DNA of 64,000 nucleotides from Candidatus Micrarchaeota archaeon (GTDB lineage: Archaea > Micrarchaeota > Micrarchaeia > Anstonellales > Bilamarchaeaceae), in contig JBDRCX010000002.1 of the NCBI GenBank assembly GCA_043821365.1, positions 96,001 to 160,000 on the forward strand, in the 5' to 3' direction. Shown one piece after another: positions 1-8,236 of the stretch (position 1 is the first letter of the stretch; each line of letters starts with the position of its first letter). The notes beneath the pieces are model-generated. The model ran no database searches and had not been told where the DNA came from. It saw only the letters and a program-made list of their open reading frames with translations. The translations under genes and the position numbers were made by a program.

Positions 1-105
1 TGCTATTTTTGACTTAATAATACCTATGTGATACTCAGTAGCCTTGTTCTTTTGAGTTCTTGCAAGTTCGTCTTCCAACTGTTTTAGTTTTTCCTTGATT
101 CCCAT
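1..105 (-). CDS. DRG/OBG-family GTP-binding protein, N-terminal fragment (runs off window)
   Basis: Manual translation [35 protein letters not shown] matches the DRG N-terminal '[10 protein letters not shown]' motif; AGGAG upstream. Confidence 0.85.
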   Translation of the reverse strand, partial: MGIKEKLKQLEDELARTQKNKATEYHIGIIKSKIA

Positions 106-118
106 TCTTTTGCTCCTA

Positions 119-679
119 TTAGATTTTTTTGAGGTTCTTTCGCCAATCACGTGCTTTGGTTTTTTTTATTTTTTTCAACAATAGAATCGCACTTTTTGTT
201 TGAAGTTTTTTTTCTATTTTCTTTAACCATCCAATTGTCTGATATCCTATGTCTGCGTATTCCTTTGCCTGAAATGCACATTCAAGGTAATCAGCATCCT
301 TTAATATTAATTTCTCAGCTTTTGTTAGGTTAAGGTTTTTCCCCATTGCTTCTCTAAGTTTTTTTGGTAATTTCTCTGTTTGTTCATCCTCAACTCTTTT
401 TTCAACTTTACTAGTAACTGTTATATATCTAGAAACAAGTTTATTCAAATCCAGTATCCTGGTTTCGTGAACATCATGGAAAATTGATGCTGTGCAAATT
501 TTATTTGCTTCTTTATCTTGCAATCCTTCCATTTTTGCTAATATGAATGCAATGACTGCGGTTCTAAAGCTATGTTCTGCTACTGTCTCTGGATACTTGA
601 CACTTTCAGTCCACCAACCGCTTCGTGCTACTTTTTTTAGCATTCCTGTTTCAAAAATGTATTTGACAACTGAATCCAT
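119..679 (-). CDS. HD-domain hydrolase (YfbR/5'-deoxynucleotidase-like)
   Basis: [15 protein letters not shown] and DADYLE motifs. Confidence 0.85.
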   Translation of the reverse strand: MDSVVKYIFETGMLKKVARSGWWTESVKYPETVAEHSFRTAVIAFILAKMEGLQDKEANKICTASIFHDVHETRILDLNKLVSRYITVTSKVEKRVEDEQTEKLPKKLREAMGKNLNLTKAEKLILKDADYLECAFQAKEYADIGYQTIGWLKKIEKKLQTKSAILLLKKIKKTKARDWRKNLKKI

Positions 680-729
680 ATCAAATACCTACTATCAAAT
701 CGTTTTTAACCTTTCAATTCCAATCAATT

Positions 730-1302
730 ATGATGGTTAAGCATCTTAAAGATGAATTAAGGAAAGAAATCCTCGAAAAACGCTCTTCTCTTTCTAAAGA
801 TGAGGTTATTACTCTAAGCATTTCAATTGCAAAAAATCTGTTTGAACAAAAAGAATTTACCGATGCAAAAGTTGTTGGATTCTATCTTCCTAAGGGAAAT
901 GAAGTTGATACAAGAAAAATGATTGAATATGCTTTAGAAAAAAAGAAAGAGATAGTAGTACCAGTTACTGATTCTGAGGTTAAGTTCTACAAATTTATTT
1001 CATTTGATGATCTCATCCCTGGTAAATTCAATGTATTGGAACCAAAAACAAGAATTCTACCATCCAAAGAACCTGATCTGATTATTACTCCAGGTGTTTG
1101 CTTTGGTTTGTGTATGCATAGGGTTGGCTATGGTAAGGGATATTACGACGTGCATCTATCAAAATCAAAAGCATATAGAATCGGCATCTGCTATGATTTT
1201 CAAGTAGTTGAGAAACTCCCAACTCATGCCCATGATCAAAAAATGAATTGCATAATTACTGAGAAAAGAATCATCTGTTCTTCTAAAGAAGGACAAGACT
1301 AA
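730..1302 (+). CDS. 5-formyltetrahydrofolate cyclo-ligase
   Basis: NEVDT, PDLIITPG, RVGYGKGYYD, HDQKM motifs. Confidence 0.92.
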   Translation: MMVKHLKDELRKEILEKRSSLSKDEVITLSISIAKNLFEQKEFTDAKVVGFYLPKGNEVDTRKMIEYALEKKKEIVVPVTDSEVKFYKFISFDDLIPGKFNVLEPKTRILPSKEPDLIITPGVCFGLCMHRVGYGKGYYDVHLSKSKAYRIGICYDFQVVEKLPTHAHDQKMNCIITEKRIICSSKEGQD

Positions 1303-1331
1303 TCAATAAAGTTAATAAATGTCGATGGCTA

Positions 1332-1640
1332 TTGGTTAATAGTGATCAGATGGACCTCAAAAGAACGATAAGATGCTCAAATTGCGGTAATGAATCAAGT
1401 GTTCAAATATCAAGCGATTTAGAGATGAAGGAGCTTTTAATCGCAGGGAAATGTGTCAAATGCGGTAGTGCGATGCAGTTAAACTATACTCTTGTTCATG
1501 GTGCCACTGATTCAAATCCACTCTCACATCTTTCAACTCAAGAAGCAGATAATGCTTTACCTGATCTAGATGAAAATCTATTCGGCTCTACAAAATCTGA
1601 ATCTGACAATGATATGCTCAAGGACCTAATGGAAGATTGA
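1332..1640 (+). CDS. Hypothetical Zn-ribbon protein with acidic C-terminal tail
   Basis: CSNC and CVKC pairs; D/E-rich tail; TTG start uncertain. Confidence 0.6.
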   Translation: MVNSDQMDLKRTIRCSNCGNESSVQISSDLEMKELLIAGKCVKCGSAMQLNYTLVHGATDSNPLSHLSTQEADNALPDLDENLFGSTKSESDNDMLKDLMED

Positions 1641-2408
1641 GGGCAGTTCAGCTACGGATTTAAAGATATAATCTGGTTTTTCATTCTTTTTCAATTTTTT
1701 CAAATCATCTTTTTTAGAAACCCCCGTCAGAACAAGTGCTGTTTGTATTCCTGCTTTTTTACCAAATACAATATCAGTCTCTATTCGATCACCAACCATG
1801 AGAACCTCGCTTTTTTTAACGTTGAAACGTTTCAGAATCATTTTCAAAATGAACGTATTTGGCTTTCCGACAATTTTTGGTTTTTTCCCACTTGCGCGTT
1901 CTATTGAAGCCACCATAGCACCTGCTCCTGGTAAATACCCATTTTCAATTGGAAATGTTGCATCAGTATTTGTTGCAATAAATTCTGCGCCTCTTGCAAC
2001 TGCTTGGTATGCGTCGGACATTTTTTTGTAGTTAAAATCAGGATCCCAACCAACAACTACTAGGTCTGCTTTTTTTGCACCCACTACCGGCACTCCATGA
2101 AGTCTAAGCTCTTCTTCCACTCCTTTCTGACCAACATAATATACCTTTCTTTTTGATTTTGGGTATTTTTCTAAAATATAATGAGAAACAGCATAAGAGG
2201 TGGTAAACATTTCACTTTCTTTAGCAGGTACTCCGAGATTAATCATCTTACAAATTCTTCCTTTTCTTGAACTACTGCACGCATTTGTTAGAAATGCTGT
2301 TTTTATGCTCTGGGATCTAAGCCAATTTACTGTTTTGTCTGCACCTTTAATAAGTGTCTCACCACGGTAAATGACGCCGTCTAAGTCGAAAATTACTAAT
2401 TTTATCAT
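1626..2408 (-). CDS. HAD-IIA family hydrolase (NagD-like)
   Basis: DLDGV motif I, LTN, GKP, MVGDRIETDI. Confidence 0.9.
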   Translation of the reverse strand: MIKLVIFDLDGVIYRGETLIKGADKTVNWLRSQSIKTAFLTNACSSSRKGRICKMINLGVPAKESEMFTTSYAVSHYILEKYPKSKRKVYYVGQKGVEEELRLHGVPVVGAKKADLVVVGWDPDFNYKKMSDAYQAVARGAEFIATNTDATFPIENGYLPGAGAMVASIERASGKKPKIVGKPNTFILKMILKRFNVKKSEVLMVGDRIETDIVFGKKAGIQTALVLTGVSKKDDLKKLKKNEKPDYIFKSVAELPSIFH

Positions 2409-2440
2409 GTTTTAAAGGTTAGTGATTAGAGAATAAAAAC

Positions 2441-3076
2441 ATGTTGGTGGCTGTTCTCTTTTCAGGAGGCAAAGATTCAACCTATGCTGCAGGTTGGGCA
2501 CTTGAACAAGGATTCGAGGTTATACTTGTTACAGTGAAACCACCAGAATACTCAATGATGTTTCACCATCCAAATGTTCTTGTAACAAAACTCCAAGCAG
2601 AAGCCATGGGATTAGAACAAAAATTTGTAGAAACAACTGAAGAAAATTGGAGAGATCAACTTGTCCAGACATTTAAACAACTAAAAGTTGACGGAATTGT
2701 TTCTGGAGCTGTTGCAAGCGAATACCAAAAATCCCGTCTTGATTCAATTGCTGCTGAACTTGGACTGAAAAAATTTGCACCATTGTGGCATGCTGACGAA
2801 CAAACTTTGCAAAAAATGCTAAATTCAATGGAAATTTTCGTTATTGCGGTTTCTGCTGAAGGTCTTGACGAAAGATTCCTAGGTCAACCACTTCGTAAAC
2901 TAACAGAAGCAAAAGTAAAAAATGTCCATCCATTTTTAGAAGGTGGTGAGGGGGAAACATTCGTTACTGATGCTTCTTTTTTCAAAAAAAGAATAAAAAT
3001 CAAAAAATGGAATAAGAAATGGGATGGAGTCAGGGGAGTTGCTGAAATAGTTGAGGCTGAATTGGAAAATAAATAA
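2441..3076 (+). CDS. dph6: Diphthine--ammonia ligase (Dph6 family PP-loop ATPase)
   Basis: LFSGGKDS PP-loop, SMMFH, GAVASEYQ, GEGGEGET-like motif. Confidence 0.85.
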   Translation: MLVAVLFSGGKDSTYAAGWALEQGFEVILVTVKPPEYSMMFHHPNVLVTKLQAEAMGLEQKFVETTEENWRDQLVQTFKQLKVDGIVSGAVASEYQKSRLDSIAAELGLKKFAPLWHADEQTLQKMLNSMEIFVIAVSAEGLDERFLGQPLRKLTEAKVKNVHPFLEGGEGETFVTDASFFKKRIKIKKWNKKWDGVRGVAEIVEAELENK

Positions 3077-3078
3077 AA

Positions 3079-4065
3079 TTACAACGTCAAATCAATCTCC
3101 TTCTTCCCATTGACTAGCCAGACACCTTTTTTATCAGTTATCTTACCAATTATCCCAGCTTCTACGCCGTGCTTTTTGGCAATATTCATAACAGTGTCTG
3201 CTCTGTCTTCTGGTAGGATGATTGTCATTCCAATGCCCATGTTGAATGTTTTGTACATATCACCGATATTCGGTACTTTCTCGTGAAGTGCTTCAAAAAT
3301 GGGTTTTGGTTTTGGCATATCGGTAAGCTTAAATCCAACATTTTGATTCAACCTTGTTAGTTTTGAAAATCCACCACCAGTTATGTGTGCAATTCCATGC
3401 ACATCACAGGCATCAATAACCTCAGAAATAGTGCTGGCATAGATCTTCGTAGGGGTAAGCATGTCCTTTCCCCATTTCTTTATATCAAGTGCTTTTCTGG
3501 CAAGTGTATAACCATTGGAATGTATGCCTGAACTTTCAAGCCCGACGATTACATCTCCTTTTGTTATTTCATTCCCAAGAATAAGTTTTTTTACTCGCCC
3601 AACAACGGTAAACGTCAAATCAAATGGTCTTTTACCCTCCTTAATAATGTCTGGTACTATTGCAGTTTCACCACCAATGATCGCACATCCACTCTCCTCT
3701 GCTCCTTTCACAAGTCCATCCATTAACTCATTTACTAGTTCGTCATCTTCTTTTGCAAGTGCGATATAATCAACACCAACAAGTGGTTCTGCACCAACAC
3801 AGAGTATGTCGTTTACTGACATGGCAACAGCATCTATACCCACAGTATCATATATTCCAAGTTCTTGTGCAACTATTATCTTTGTTCCAACGCCGTCAGT
3901 ATGTATCACCAACTGTTGGTCACCGCACTTAAAGATCCCACCATAATGTCCAAATACTGGAACTGGTTCTCCATATCCCTTTCTGAATGAAAATGATGTT
4001 TTTATTTTATCCCATATGCTTCTTTGGATTTTCTTAACATGCCCTACGTCTATCTGATATTTCAT
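3079..4065 (-). CDS. purM: Phosphoribosylformylglycinamidine cyclo-ligase (AIR synthetase)
   Basis: TDGVGTK, VAMSVND, GGETA, SSGIHSNGY, HITGGG, FNMGIGM. Confidence 0.95.
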   Translation of the reverse strand: MKYQIDVGHVKKIQRSIWDKIKTSFSFRKGYGEPVPVFGHYGGIFKCGDQQLVIHTDGVGTKIIVAQELGIYDTVGIDAVAMSVNDILCVGAEPLVGVDYIALAKEDDELVNELMDGLVKGAEESGCAIIGGETAIVPDIIKEGKRPFDLTFTVVGRVKKLILGNEITKGDVIVGLESSGIHSNGYTLARKALDIKKWGKDMLTPTKIYASTISEVIDACDVHGIAHITGGGFSKLTRLNQNVGFKLTDMPKPKPIFEALHEKVPNIGDMYKTFNMGIGMTIILPEDRADTVMNIAKKHGVEAGIIGKITDKKGVWLVNGKKEIDLTL

Positions 4066-4176
4066 AAAATCAATTACGCTCCCGAGATTTAAAATCCATT
4101 TGCTTTTTTATACAATTTGATACTAACCTCATAGACCTAGCGATAGTTTATTAACTTTACTCGTATTATTTCTCTG

Positions 4177-4650
4177 ATGCGTTTTATCGGTGGATTTTTC
4201 CAATTTGCTCGACGTGTGATTGATGCAGCAAAAAAGGGTGGCCTTAGTGCCATAGATGTCAAAAAATTAGATAATCTACTTCTAAGAACCGGCAAAAGAA
4301 ACGCAATAGTTGCAAAAGGCATTTTAACTGCACTCAGCGCAGGGGGGGCAACTGATGCAGATGTTAAGCGTTTTGGCGAGCTTTTGCAATTGGCAGAAAA
4401 TAGAATAAGGGATGATAAAAATCCTTTCACAATTCATGATAAAACAGAGCTTACCTCAATTTTCAAAAGAGCATATATATCTGCAAAAACAGCAAGATGG
4501 TTCTCAGCGCAAATAGATGAATTGCTTGCAGAAGAAATAAACGAATTTATTTCTGGTTCTCAGAGGGTGGATGTCGGGATACCATCTAAAAAAATAGTGA
4601 AGTTTGAAAAAAATGAGGAAAAAGAAACTCAAAAAAAGGTCAAGACTTAG
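4177..4650 (+). CDS. Hypothetical protein
   Basis: 157-aa ORF filling the gap and followed after 3 bp by the next + gene; no recognised motif. Confidence 0.55.
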   Translation: MRFIGGFFQFARRVIDAAKKGGLSAIDVKKLDNLLLRTGKRNAIVAKGILTALSAGGATDADVKRFGELLQLAENRIRDDKNPFTIHDKTELTSIFKRAYISAKTARWFSAQIDELLAEEINEFISGSQRVDVGIPSKKIVKFEKNEEKETQKKVKT

Positions 4651-4653
4651 TTA

Positions 4654-5169
4654 ATGGGCTGGTTTTCAATGAAGGTGAAATTAAGTCCGGATCTTTCTTA
4701 TATTATAGGCCTTTGGCGTAAATCTCGTTGTAGTGATGGAATTGGAGTTAGGGGAAGTAAAGATCTTCTTGAAATTTTTTCTAAAGAAGTACTTGATAAA
4801 CAATTAATAACTCCTGATAAACTTCTTACCGGAGAAGATAAAGTTTATTTCTATCATACTGCTTACAGAAAATTTTTCCAACAAATAGAAGCCGAACAAC
4901 TCGAGCGTTTCAAGTATCTCAATGAATATGCAGCAAATTATATTGCAGGTATGTTTGATTCTGCTGGTAGTATTGACGATAGGGGAATAGTTTCGTTGTC
5001 ATGTGCAACCAAACAGGATGAGATAATGCTACTACGACTTGGATTTGTGACTAAAAGAAGAGCTGATTATCTTATTATGGAAAGACCCATAGTATTTTTG
5101 ACTTTTATAAAAAACTATGTTAAAATTTTTAAGGACCATAAGGTTTTTGATTACATAAAAAAGAACTAG
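4654..5169 (+). CDS. Stand-alone degenerate LAGLIDADG-like protein
   Basis: Two LAGLIDADG-like helices: LSYIIGLW and YIAGMFDSAGSI. Confidence 0.6.
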   Translation: MGWFSMKVKLSPDLSYIIGLWRKSRCSDGIGVRGSKDLLEIFSKEVLDKQLITPDKLLTGEDKVYFYHTAYRKFFQQIEAEQLERFKYLNEYAANYIAGMFDSAGSIDDRGIVSLSCATKQDEIMLLRLGFVTKRRADYLIMERPIVFLTFIKNYVKIFKDHKVFDYIKKN

Positions 5170-6134
5170 ATCTCGGGCATGTAGTTTAATTTCAAATTCT
5201 TTACCAATGAGTAATACCTGTACCTTCTGATGTCATTGGGAAATTTTGATTTGAAATTGTCCATCATTTCAGTAAATTTTTCAAAGCTTTCTATCTCGAC
5301 ATCAAATTCAAAATCACTTGTAACCATGCTTTTTTCAGTGTAAATTATGTTTGGGTGGGATAATACGTTCTCTTTTATCTGTTCTGCATTGTCAAATTTT
5401 CTAAACCAAAGATCAACTTTATAATATTCTTTTCCAAGAGCTCGAAGATTTAATATTGGTCTAAAACCTATTATCACTTTTTTTTCGATTAATTTTTTTA
5501 GGTGATATCTAACAGTGACAACACTTGTTTTCAATTTTTTTGCTATTTCAACCAATGAAGCGCGGGCATTATTTGCCAAAAACACAAGCAGCCTAAGGTC
5601 AATGGGATCTAATTTTTCTGGTTCGCTTTTTATTATTGTTGTGAATGTTAATTTCTCATTTGTATTTGATGGGAGGAGATAGGGTCTAGTAAATTCAAAA
5701 TATTCTGCCATAACTGAAAGGTGGTACTCTGCAAGATACTCACCAAATTTATTTTTAAAATTAAGCCAAAATTCCTCATATTCCCAAGGTGTTTTTGCCC
5801 ATGTTGCAAGTGCAATCTGGAAAGGTCCATTTACTCGATAAAATATTGAAATATTTTTTGAATTAATCAAATAATTCTCTATTTCTCTTTCTATTTCTGG
5901 TGATGTATTCTGCAGGCTTATGTAGGTTCTATATAAGGTAAAACCTAATTTTGAGAAATTCAATACAGTATAAAATCCAGATATTATATCTTTTTGCTGC
6001 AATTGTTTGATTCTATATTTGACAGTTTCTTTGGCTACTCGAATCTTTTTTCCAAGTTCACTATAGCTTATTCTTGCATTTCTATCTAATTCAGATAAGA
6101 TTTTTCTATCAATTAAATCAAGATCAGCCATCAT
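5166..6134 (-). CDS. Tandem (double) Lrp/AsnC-family transcriptional regulator
   Basis: Two HTH starts (DLIDRKILSELDRNAR; DPIDLRLLVFLANNAR), each followed by a RAM-like domain. Confidence 0.88.
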   Translation of the reverse strand: MMADLDLIDRKILSELDRNARISYSELGKKIRVAKETVKYRIKQLQQKDIISGFYTVLNFSKLGFTLYRTYISLQNTSPEIEREIENYLINSKNISIFYRVNGPFQIALATWAKTPWEYEEFWLNFKNKFGEYLAEYHLSVMAEYFEFTRPYLLPSNTNEKLTFTTIIKSEPEKLDPIDLRLLVFLANNARASLVEIAKKLKTSVVTVRYHLKKLIEKKVIIGFRPILNLRALGKEYYKVDLWFRKFDNAEQIKENVLSHPNIIYTEKSMVTSDFEFDVEIESFEKFTEMMDNFKSKFPNDIRRYRYYSLVKNLKLNYMPEI

Positions 6135-6961
6135 TCTGCCTCTTGCTCTTTTAAATATTCATCAAACTTTCCCATTAATTCAACAAGTTCTTTTGACGGT
6201 TTTCCGAATTCTATATCGTCTATCTTGTTTATCGGAACTATCCTACTTGAAGTGCTTGTAAGGAAAGCTGATTTGTACCCTTCCAAATCCTCTAATTTTA
6301 TCATCTCTTCTTTTACAGTGTAATTATTTTTCCTTGCTATCTCTATCACATATCTTCTTGTTACTCCATTCAATACCTCTTCTTCAGGTGCAGTTACTAT
6401 CGTCTTCCCATCAATGACAAAAAAATTAGTTCTACTTCCTTCAATTACATTGTTTTGTTTATCTACAAATAGCACATCATAACATCCTTGATTTTTAGCT
6501 TCAGAATAATATACATAACTCGGGAGCATATTCAATGTTTTTGCCTGAGGCATCCAACGTTCATATTTTTTTGTTAATGTTTTTACACCATCACGATATA
6601 ATTTTCTATCAATGAAATGCGGATTTAATGGCAAAATATAAAGGGTTGTATCTTTCTTTTGTTTAGCTCCCATCAACACCATTTTCAGATTAATATTAAT
6701 CTTCTGATCAGATAACTTTTGGATCAATTGGTTTATACTTTTACTAATATCAGTTTTGGAAAAACCATGTTCCATCCTTACCAAACTAGCAGAAGAAAAC
6801 AATCTTGTTATGTGCTCATCCAAAAAGCATGGTTTACTATTCTTTATTTTTATGTTTTCATATACTCCAAAACCATAGTTATGTTCAATATTGAAAAGAG
6901 AAATTACTGCTTCTGAGACCGGGCAAATCTTGTTATTTTTAATAAAATATTTCAATTCCAT
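6131..6961 (-). CDS. PLP-dependent class IV aminotransferase (D-amino-acid / branched-chain / ADC-lyase family)
   Basis: YGFGVYE, catalytic K in AKTLN, EGSRTNFF, LNGVTR, TSTSSRIVPI; 4-bp overlap with the Lrp gene. Confidence 0.88.
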   Translation of the reverse strand: MELKYFIKNNKICPVSEAVISLFNIEHNYGFGVYENIKIKNSKPCFLDEHITRLFSSASLVRMEHGFSKTDISKSINQLIQKLSDQKININLKMVLMGAKQKKDTTLYILPLNPHFIDRKLYRDGVKTLTKKYERWMPQAKTLNMLPSYVYYSEAKNQGCYDVLFVDKQNNVIEGSRTNFFVIDGKTIVTAPEEEVLNGVTRRYVIEIARKNNYTVKEEMIKLEDLEGYKSAFLTSTSSRIVPINKIDDIEFGKPSKELVELMGKFDEYLKEQEAE

Positions 6962-7080
6962 ACTTGCTATTTTTTATAAAATTATATAAAAAACTATCTT
7001 TTTTCGTAAAAATCTACTAATTAATTTAATATATATGAAATGCACAGATAAATTCACAAATTAACACAATTGGTGGGATA

Positions 7081-8148
7081 ATGAAGCTTCTATATTTTCA
7101 TGCAAAAGAGTTGCGAATTGAAGCAGGCATTTCAGGTAACCCAAGCAAACAAAGACAAACTGAACGGACTTTGCGCGAGCGTCTTGGCAATGCACTTCCA
7201 ATATTAGATACTCACAATAATCTAACTGAATCAAAAAACGCTCTTCTTGTTTTTGTCTGTGCAGAAAAAGAAGATGGTGTTCTTGATCTTACTAATATTC
7301 GTGATGATATACTAAAATCAAGAGCAATGCTCGGTGTAGATGACATTGTGCTTGGTGCATTTGGTCATTTAAGTGAAGAAACCGCTGATCCATTGTTAGC
7401 AAGAAGAATAATAGATGATCTTCTGAGTATGGTTCAATCCAGTTATCCGTCTACTAAATCATTCCCTTTTGGTTGGGACAAATCACTCGATATAAAGGTT
7501 CCATTACATCATTTTAATGCATCATTCAAGTCCTATGGAACTGGATTAGACTTTTGGAGTTCAGTTGCAACTCATTTTGATGAGTATATGCAAGAAACTG
7601 GTCACTATCATGCACAAGCAACATTGCTTAACAGGTTTTTTGAGTCAATGCCAAGTTCTCAAATACTTGATATCTGTTGTGGTGGAGGATTTGCCATACA
7701 TCATCTGACAAAAACCATTCATCCGGAGAATCAAGTTTTTGGTTTAGATAGTTCTGAAAAGATGCTTGAAATAGCAAGAAAAAGATCTAGTGGTAGTTTT
7801 ATTTGTGGAAAGGCAGAGTATTTAGATCTATTTTTCAATGGACATAAATTTGACGTTGTGCTTGCTATCAATGCAGTTGCATATGTTGATATGGTGTTGG
7901 TCCTATCAAGACTTCGTAAAATAATGAAGCCGGGATCGGGGTTTATTGTGATGGAAGAAGAGCCATTTATCTCTGGGTTTTCGATCCCATCAGACACAAA
8001 AATACCTGAAGAACTAAAATTAGCCCATCTAAGTATCAAGGAAATAGAAAAGTCTGTTATTCAGAGTGGTTTCAGGTTAATTGCCAAAACAGATAGTCCA
8101 ATAGATCAAAGGCACAGATTAGTTGGTTTAGCATTCCAATTAGTTTAG
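7081..8148 (+). CDS. Fusion: archaeal ThrRS-editing (DTD-like) domain + class I SAM-dependent methyltransferase
   Basis: N-terminal MKLLYFHA...LLVFVCAEKED...AFGHLS...PFGWDK parallels the editing domain of the adjacent ThrRS; C-terminal ILDICCGGG, GLDSSEKML, FDVV are MTase motifs. Confidence 0.8.
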   Translation: MKLLYFHAKELRIEAGISGNPSKQRQTERTLRERLGNALPILDTHNNLTESKNALLVFVCAEKEDGVLDLTNIRDDILKSRAMLGVDDIVLGAFGHLSEETADPLLARRIIDDLLSMVQSSYPSTKSFPFGWDKSLDIKVPLHHFNASFKSYGTGLDFWSSVATHFDEYMQETGHYHAQATLLNRFFESMPSSQILDICCGGGFAIHHLTKTIHPENQVFGLDSSEKMLEIARKRSSGSFICGKAEYLDLFFNGHKFDVVLAINAVAYVDMVLVLSRLRKIMKPGSGFIVMEEEPFISGFSIPSDTKIPEELKLAHLSIKEIEKSVIQSGFRLIAKTDSPIDQRHRLVGLAFQLV

Positions 8149-8176
8149 TGACAAAGTTCTGAAAAAACTGTCAATA

Positions 8177-8232
8177 TTTATAAACTTGCAAAACTATTTC
8201 TTTATGCTTTTTCTATAGAAAAGCTCAGGTGA
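8177..8232 (+). promoter_or_regulatory. Putative TATA box and Shine-Dalgarno of thrS
   Basis: TTTATAAA at 8177-8184 preceded by an A-rich tract; GGTGA at 8228-8232, 4 nt before ATG. Confidence 0.55.
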
Positions 8233-8236
8233 AATC

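Noticed and set aside
4654-5169. Intein or intron-encoded homing endonuclease / mobile element
   Set aside because: No splice-junction residues, no interrupted host gene, no flanking repeats
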